Source: a virus. Taken from it: a stretch of DNA of 64,000 nt. Under the pieces are notes generated by a model. It was given only the letters and a program-made list of their open reading frames with translations, did no database searches and was not told where the DNA came from. Below, piece by piece: positions 48,501 to 57,500 of this stretch. The translations under genes were made by a program, and so were the position numbers. Position 1 is the first letter of the stretch. Each line of letters starts with the position of its first letter. The DNA lies in IMG/VR virus record IMGVR_UViG_3300028571_000013, positions 32,001-96,000 of that record; one strand, written 5' to 3'.

Positions 48501-51500
48501 TACGATGTTTTTGAGCATAATCCAGAGGGTGGGGCTAAAGTTGTTCATAGTGGATCTTTTGATGAAGTATTAAAATTTTTACAAGATAATAGGAGTAAAG
48601 ATACTGAGCAAAAATCTAGCGAAGATCCAATGAAAAAACTAGCTGGTGGTGGTCGTATCAAATTATACCATGGATCAAATACTGGTGTCGATGATGCCAC
48701 ACTTAAAAGTTTTAAAGAAAAGGGGGCTTTGTCAGATGTTGCCCAAGGATATGGTCAAGGTGCTGGCTTTTATGTTTATAGCGGTAAAGAAAAGGCTAAA
48801 GAACAAGCTCAAATGAGAGTTAAGGGTGGACTAGGTTCTTTTGCTGTTGTTAGTGGAGATACTGCTGGTAAGCCGATGGTATTAACTTTTGAAGAAGCAC
48901 TAGATCCAGCTACATGGGACTTAGATTATGAGTTAAATAAAGGTTCGGTAGTTAAATGGTTAGCACAAAATTTTGATAAGATTAAAGATAAAGTTGCTCC
49001 TGGCGAAAAACTAACAGGAATCAAGGATGTTGTTAGTCCTGATAGTTCTAAAGGAATAATGTCACATGGTATTAGAGTACAAAGCGATACTGGGTCTATA
49101 AAAACCATATATTCCGGTATAGATTCTGATCTTAGAGAAGGAGAGCTTGTTGGACAAATAATGAATCGTCTTCAGTCCAATGATCCAGAGATGGTTCATG
49201 GTTTTGAGAATCAGTTCTTTAAGAGTCCATCACTAGCTAGTGGAGAATGGGATAATTTAGCATTAAAATATGTTGGATCATCTCCATTGAAACCAGTTGA
49301 TATTGAAACATTTGCCGCTGGAGGAAGTGTTCAACAATTTGCTAGAGGCGGAGTGCCAGCATTGGTTAGTAATGGTGAGGCTTATATCCCACCCTCAACT
49401 GCTAAAAGTATAGGATATGGAACCTTAAATCGTATGAATCAAGCTGATAAAAATGGTATGGGGCGTTTTGCGGTAGGTGGTGGCGTTGGGGTTTTCAAGG
49501 GGCCGGGTAGCGGCACTAGTGATAGTATCAGAACCAATTTACCAGTTGGTAGTTTTATTTTAAGGGAAAAGGCAACCAAAGCTTTAGGGTTTAATCGTGG
49601 TGGCAGTGTTGGCGTTCGTAAATTTGCCACAGGAGGCGGTGTTGGTGCTGATAGAATGGACTATCTAAATAGAATAGCAGATAAGTTGGGTATTACAGTT
49701 CAGCAGTATGAGCGCAGTATCAGAGAAAAAATCTATAAATCTGCTAAGGGTAGTGCGGAATCTAAAACATCAGCACAATCAGATGTTGGCGATGTTTTAA
49801 TTAAGAATTTAGAAAATATTGGAGATGCTAGTGTTGAGCAAGCTACTAGAGAATCATTAACAGAACTTATTAGTAAGATAGATCCAAATATAGATGCTAC
49901 TAAACTTGGATCTACTATTGATGATGTTATTACTGGTATGAAGAATGGTTTATCTGTTGATGAACTCAAACAGACTTCTAGTGATCTTAAAGATATCTTA
50001 GAAAAGGATATTTCTATAGTATCAGAACTTGCTGATGCTCATAAAAAATATGAATCAGAGTTGGGTTTCTTGACAGGTAAGATGAAAGTTAGGGGTATTG
50101 ATGTTAGAGCGCAAAAATCTCTCAAAGAGGGTAAGTTTGGAGCATTAGAGTCTGGTAATCTTAGACAAGCACAAAGAAATTTAGAGTCCCCAACAGGACA
50201 AAGAATAGATAAGTTTGGAGAAGCTCTTAAAACACAAAATATTCCGGGTATGAAATTATTATCTTCTGCTTTTCCAAAAGTTGCAGATCGTCTAACAACA
50301 CTTGGAGATAAGATTGGTGGAGTTACCGGTATCATAGGAAGTGGATCAGCATTATTAAGTACTCAAATGCCTGGGTTTTTAAAATCTATTGATGCATTTG
50401 CTGGTACTGTATCTGAGGCTAGTCCAGCCGTTGCTGGATTGCAAGGAGCTCTCAGAGATGCTGGTTCTTTTGGACTAAGTGGAGCTATTGTTGGTAAACA
50501 AGCTTTTGGAGCCAAGGGTGCTGCTGTTGGTGGTGCTGTTGGATTAGCTGGTGGCGCCGTATCTGGCTTTATTAAAGAGTCAACGTCTAAAGAAGTTGAA
50601 CTAGCTATGAAGGGCGTTTCAGCTGCTTCATCAGATTTGGACAAAACACTCAGTCAATTATCAGGCGCTAAAACTTTTGGAGAACGAGCAGAGCTACAAG
50701 ATAGGGCTGCTAAAAACTATGAAGCTCTTAATACTGCTTTAGAAAAATCGACCAGTACAATACAACAAAATAAAATTTGGACTTCGTTAGCAAGTGGCCT
50801 AGAAGGCTTTTTAAGCGGACTAACTATGGTTATAGGATTCATGGCCGCTGCTCAAATGGGTGGACCAACTCTTGGTCCTGGCTCTGGTAAAGGCAGTAAA
50901 GGCAAAAAAGGTGGTGGCGGTAAAGGTAAAAAAGCAGCTGGTGGTCCGATAGGATTTGCTAATGGTGGTTTAGTGCCAGTTAAGTTGGCTGACGGAGAGG
51001 GAGTTTTTACTCCTCCATTACCTGCTAGTACTGGCGAAATGAAAAAAATGAATAATGCGGACAGAAATGGTTATAAGCCGTCTTTTTCTGGTGCAATGTC
51101 GATTGTTCCTGGTGGTGGTAGCGGCAAGGTTGATAATTTTGAAACTATGCTACCAGAAGGTTCTTATGTCGTAAGAGCTGATGCTATGAAAGCTATGCAA
51201 GAACAGGAGATGGCAACAAGCAATAAGGGTGGTTCCATAGGAGCACATCAATCTAAGATTAGCATAACAGGTTCGACGCCCAAATTATCTTCCGGTGGAG
51301 AAGTACAACACTTTGCATCAGGTGGACAAATACAAAGACTAGCTAGTGGAGGAGGAACAAGGGGTTATGCTGTCGGAGGTATTGTTAATCTGATAATGCG
51401 AGGACTAAAGATGGGACTAGGTTCTGCCCTTGGTGCGGCTGTGATGAATGGTCTATTAAGTGCTCTTGGTCAATTTTTTGATACAAGCGCACAAGATGTA

Positions 51501-54500
51501 CAACTACAAGCAGAACTTCAAGCATTAGATCAATTAAGACGCATAGCAGATAATAGTGAGGCTTTTGCCACTGGAAATAAATCTTATGCTAATAGAATAA
51601 TGAGAAATAGTGATGTTGTTGAAAAAGCATCATTAACTCCAGAAGAAAGAAGAGCCTCTTATGGCCGCAAGGAGAGCGGAGGAAAGCTTAATAGCTTAAA
51701 TATACTACAAGAACAGGAGATGAGAAGCTCTCTTGGTGCTGAAGGTATGGTTGTGAATGATCAACAGAGCGTTCAGGAGTATCTCGATACTCTTGGTGCT
51801 GGTTCTGAAAAACGTAAAAAGGCTGATGCAGCTATAGTTAAAGCTCAAGAACGTTTACGTAAAAGAATATATATAGAAGCTCGCGTAAGACAGGGACAAG
51901 ATAAAGAAGTTGCTCGTAAAGAATATGAAGGGGCTATTGGTAAAGACGGCAAAGTTCGTAATGCTAAATCTGCTGGTAAAGTTAATAACTTAGTAGATCA
52001 AGAACTGGGTAGAGAAAATAGATCCCGAGTATTAGCTGATAGATTAGAGATAATAAATAGAGATGTTAAGAAATTTACTCTGAATATTAGCGATGTAATG
52101 AGTCGTTTGTCTTCTTCTATGGCTAGAATAGTTAGTGAGATTGATGCTAGTGCTACTAGGGCTATGAATATTTCTGGAGAGTTTTCTGGTCAAGGAGCAA
52201 GAGCTAATGAACCAGATGCTCAAAATGTAAGAGTTCTTGAAAATATCACAGCATATACCAGAGACGAACTATCTTCTGTTGTTGATAATGTTACTGCTGG
52301 TCTTGGAGATAACGAGCAAACAAAACAAATAGGAAGCTTTGTTAAAGGTCTACAGGCTATTGAACAAGAACTGCCACTGATTCTTAGAGATACAGAAGGA
52401 GGAAATCTTGAGGCTGGCTCTCGTTCGAATATAGAATCTAGATTGAGCGATATGTTTGCTGGATTAGACATGGCTCCTGGTATTCGTAAAAAATTAGAAG
52501 ATAGTGTTTTGGAGTGGATTGATAGTGGAACATCTATTAATAGAAAGGGCATGTCTGTAGATGATCTTGCTGATAATATTCAAGCATTTAAAGAACTTAA
52601 AGATTCTGGAGAAAAAGCTAGGAAAACTTTAGAGGATTATGCTAGAAAACAACTTGAGGTAAATCGTAAGCTTGGAGCTATGTCGGATTCGTTAGCTGCT
52701 CAATTTGATAAGCTAGCAGATAACTCCATTAAAGTTAAAGATATTAACTTACAGGCCGCACTGCAACTTAAGGAAAAATTTGGACAAACACTCTCTCTAA
52801 GAGAGATGACATCACCATTTGAAGCATCTGTTGGCGGACTAACTGGTGGATTAACTGATCCTGCTACTATTGGTCAAGAAATATCAAAAGCTATTGCAGA
52901 AAAGAGAATTCTAGAAGCTGATCCTTCTAAATCTACTAGCGCTTTGGGTTCTGGAGATATAGCAAAACTCACCTCAAAAATTAATAAGTATACTAAAGCT
53001 CTTGATCTATTGGCAAACAATACAGATAGGGCCTCTGCTGCTCTTAAGAAAATTGATGAACAATCTCAAATTTCTGCTGGTCGTCGTCGTAGTGTGATGG
53101 ACTTCTTTGATATTATAGATAACCCAGAAGCTATGCTGGGTTTTGCTAAAGAGACACAATCATATGGTAGAGTTATGGGTGGTGCTGGTAGTATTGGAGA
53201 TATTAAGGGAGCAAAGTCAACACTACAAAGTTTAGAAGGAACAAAAACGCCAGAAGAATATCAAAGACTACAACAACAATTCTTTGATAACGTAACAAGA
53301 ATACTTGCTAATGCTGGTGGTGATCCTGCTGTTTTTAATCAATTCAAAGATATGTTTGCTGGTGATTTTGGTAGAACTGAAGATAATCCACAAATCAAAC
53401 CATATATTGATGCATTTAATCAAGCAGCCACAGTACAAACGCAAGCAGTAAGAACACAGTCTGATCTTATTAGACAGGGTGGAGAACTATTATCCAGAGC
53501 ATTGTCCACATCTGCTGATGATTTTACCAATAAGATGCAAACTGCTATTACTAATATTGTTAATGAGTTAAATGCTGTGGCTACCAGATTAGGCGTAGGG
53601 GGCGGCGCTGTTCCAGCCCCACCACATGCTAAGGGCGGCTTAATAAATTATTATGCTATGGGTTCTATGGTCGATTTTGCCCCTAAGGGAACAGATACTG
53701 TTCCAGCAATGTTAACGCCAGGAGAATTCGTCGTTAACAGAGCTGCAACATCAAGGAATCTTCCACTACTACAAAATATTAATAGTGGTAAATATAGTAG
53801 TGGTGGAAGTGTTAAATATTTAGCTAAAGGAGGTTTATTAGACCGTAGTGTACGCACTAGGTTCCCAATGGTACCAGACACAGAGTGGGATAAATTAGCT
53901 GGCACATCTGATCATATACCATTGAGTAGTTTTCCACAAAGCGATTTGTTAAAATATGTAGATTTTAGATCAGCGTCTAAAGATAATGTATTAAATAAAT
54001 CAGAACTAGATAGTTATAATTCGGCAGTACAACAACATCATGACAGATACCTCTCAGGATCTGCTCAACAAAAATATAAGGTGTTGTCAGACAATAATCT
54101 TTTGATAGATAATTTACAAAAAGAAAAGAAACAATCTTCTGGATTTTTAGGTTTTGGAGGGGACAAAAATAAAACTAAACAAACTAGTCAAGCTTTAAAC
54201 AAAGCAATAGCATTTAGAGATAAAGAACTTAAAGCTGGTTCAGGTTTAGATTGGTACAAAACTTATGAAGCTGCTCATGCTATACAGAATAATAAACGAA
54301 TCACTGGCGGGCGTAACATATTAGAAGAGAATTATTTCGGTGGAGATAGAAATTTTCCATTTACTCCAGAATTTATGAAGGTGGATAATGCTTTTAGAAA
54401 CGCTAAATTAGGTCTTGAGCCAGCTGATTTTGAAAGTTTAATGTATGGCTTGGCTAGTAAAGCAATTCCCGGAGTATTGGGTGCTGTTGGTGGTGGTTTA

Positions 54501-57500
54501 GGTGCCATTGCTGGTGGATCCATCGGAACTTTGGGTGGTTTGATTACTGGCCCAGGAGCAATCGTTACAGGAACTGCTGGAGCATTATCTTTAGGCTTTA
54601 CTGGAGGTATGCTTGGAGATCAAATAGGACAAAATATAAATTCATATATATGGGATAAATATATTCCAGAATCTATGAAGAATAGAGTTATGGAGAAGAT
54701 GAAGGCTAGTCCAGAATCATATTCAGGAGGCCAGTGGATAGGCTTTGGTGCTGAGTTGATGGGAGGTGCTGCTGCTGATGATATGATAAGAAAGGGTATG
54801 ACATCAGCTTTTGGTAAAGCCACCTCAGTAAGCGCAAAAATGTTACAGAATGGCTCTATCACATCCAATGCTATTAAGCTTGCTCCTAATAGTATTCCTA
54901 TCGCTAATGCTGATGAAATTACTAATAGAAGTTTAGCATTATTTAAAGGTGGGGCTGAGCAAACTGTTCAAAAATCGAAGAGAGTGGTTGGTGGCAGTGG
55001 AAAGGTAGCAGTCCCAGAAATGCCAGCACCCAAATCAGAAGCTCCAGCTGGTGGACGAGCAACAGCAACAGTATCTCCTCGTAATTTGAAAGCTATTCAA
55101 GAACTCTTACAAAATTCTGGACTTAAGTACAACAATGTTGATAATTTATTAGATGACTTGGTTCGTAATCCTTCTGGTAAGGGGGTTTTTGAGATTCTTG
55201 GTAAGCCACCACAAACTGGTTCTGGAGTTCTAAAGCTTCAGAGATTATTACACCCAGACACTGCTGCAACATATTTACCAGATATTTCAGCAGATATACT
55301 TAATACGGGAAGTAAGAAATTTCAAAGAATCTTTAATATAGCTCAAAATAAAGATATTTTGAATAGATATTCATCTTTAATAGATGATGGATATTCTCCA
55401 AATAATATCGTTGATGCATTTAAGGGTAACGATCCTCCATATTTTATTAGAAGTCAGTTGGGACAAAAACCAGGCGCTCCAAAGTCAAGAGCCAAGGCTC
55501 CGGAAGCAAGTACAGGAACAGCTACTCCCAAACCTGGATCGACAACGCCACCTCAGCCAAAAACAGATGTTCCACCAAGAGGAAAAGCTCCAGAAAGTTC
55601 AACATCTGCTACTCCAAAACCAACAGATATGTCGGCACCACCAAAACCAACTGATATGTCAGCACCACCAAAACCATCCCGTGGTAAAGCTGGTGACGGC
55701 AGCACTGGAACTAAACCAAAGCCAACACCCCCAAAGGCCCCATCTGGAGCACCATGGTCCGATACTGTTAAGACCAAGCTTGCTCAATTATGGGAAAATA
55801 GTAAAAATACTGTTGGATCAGCTAAAAATTTCTGGGATAAATTACCATCTTGGGCTAGAAAGGGTATAAGTTGGGGTAGTACAGGATTAGGTTTGTATGG
55901 AGGCAAAGCTATATGGGATTGGGCTACCGGAAATTCATCAGTCACCATTCCAGATGCTACCCCTTCTGGAACTCCTACTGGCGGACCACTACCTCCATCT
56001 ACATTTGGCGACGACCCATTAGAACCTATTAAATATGCTGTTGAAGAAGCTAAACGTAAATATGAATCGACACAAGCTGGTAGAATGGATGCTTTCAAAA
56101 CACAAGATGGTCAATATAGTTTTGGACAGGTTGTGAGTGCTGCTGCTAATCTTGGTCTTAAAGATCCAATGGGTATCACGGACTTCAGAGCACGATATGC
56201 TAAAATACCAAAATTTGAACTTGGAGATGGCTCTGAGGCTGGACAACTATTAACACAAAAAGAAAGACAAGATAAACAAGACGAGCTAGATAGTCTAAAC
56301 AATCAAATAGGCGATATTGCTCAATATGATGTCGATAATGATCCAAATATTAAGGTTCTACTTGGTAGAAGAAATGAACTACGCAAGCAGTTGGAGAGTG
56401 ACTATAGGGGACAGCTTAATCTTGGAGTGCCTACAGGAGATAAGCCTCCTAAGTTTACGTTATCAAGTCCAAAAGTTCCCAGATCCAAAGAAGACTTTGG
56501 GTTAACAGACGATATGATTGATCCAGTTTCGGGTAAGCCACTACCGGGCTTAGTCAACGCTGCTAAAGATAGTCCAATAATTAAAGAGTTGTCAAATCTA
56601 ACTTCACATCAAGCAACCCTTAATAGAAAGGATGACTCAGGAAGCGCCACACCTGGACAAACTAATGGATCATTATTATCAAAATATAAATTAGATTTTG
56701 AAGATTTAGAGAAAGAATCAGCAAACGCTAATATGCGTAATGGACAAGATCTTCTTAATAGATTTAATAAATTGAAGAAGTCTTATGTTAAAGATTTTGG
56801 ACCAGTCAATGATCTTGACGATCAAGATATAGCATTTGGTATGGATGCTCAAGGAAAAGCAAAAGCACAGGGAGAGGTTATTAGGAAACATTTGGGCGGC
56901 AAATTAGGAGATAGCTCTTTTGTTGGAGCTCCATTTAAAGGTGGTCAATCTAATGGAGCAACACCACAAGAAAAAGCAAAAGCTCGTAAAGCTATCGATG
57001 AAATGAAGACTAAGTATGGAGTATCAACAGATGATGAATTAAAAAACAAACTAGAGGGTGCCTCTGTTAAAGAACAAAAAATTATCAATGCTGATAAAGG
57101 ATGGACAAGATTTGATAATAATAAGAAGACATATCATAGTGAATTAGAAAAATATTGGATGATAAGGGCAAGATGGGAAAATAGAGAAAAATTAAAGGCT
57201 GATCCAACTTTAATGATGACAGGTTCTCCAAATTTAAGCTCTGAAGATGTAACAAAACTTAATACAGAAATACAGGATTTGGATGGTCAGATACAGACTG
57301 CTGCTCCAGGTAAGCAAGATGTCGATGACCTAGTTCGTCGTAGACAAGAAAAGCTTGATCAACTACATCAAGGTCAAGGTATTAAGTTTGAATCAGTTCC
57401 ACCTATGGAATATTTGTTATTTAATACTCCACATGATTCATCCCATCTTAATCCATTTAATACATTTGATAATAATTCATATGCTTATGGTAAACCTGGA

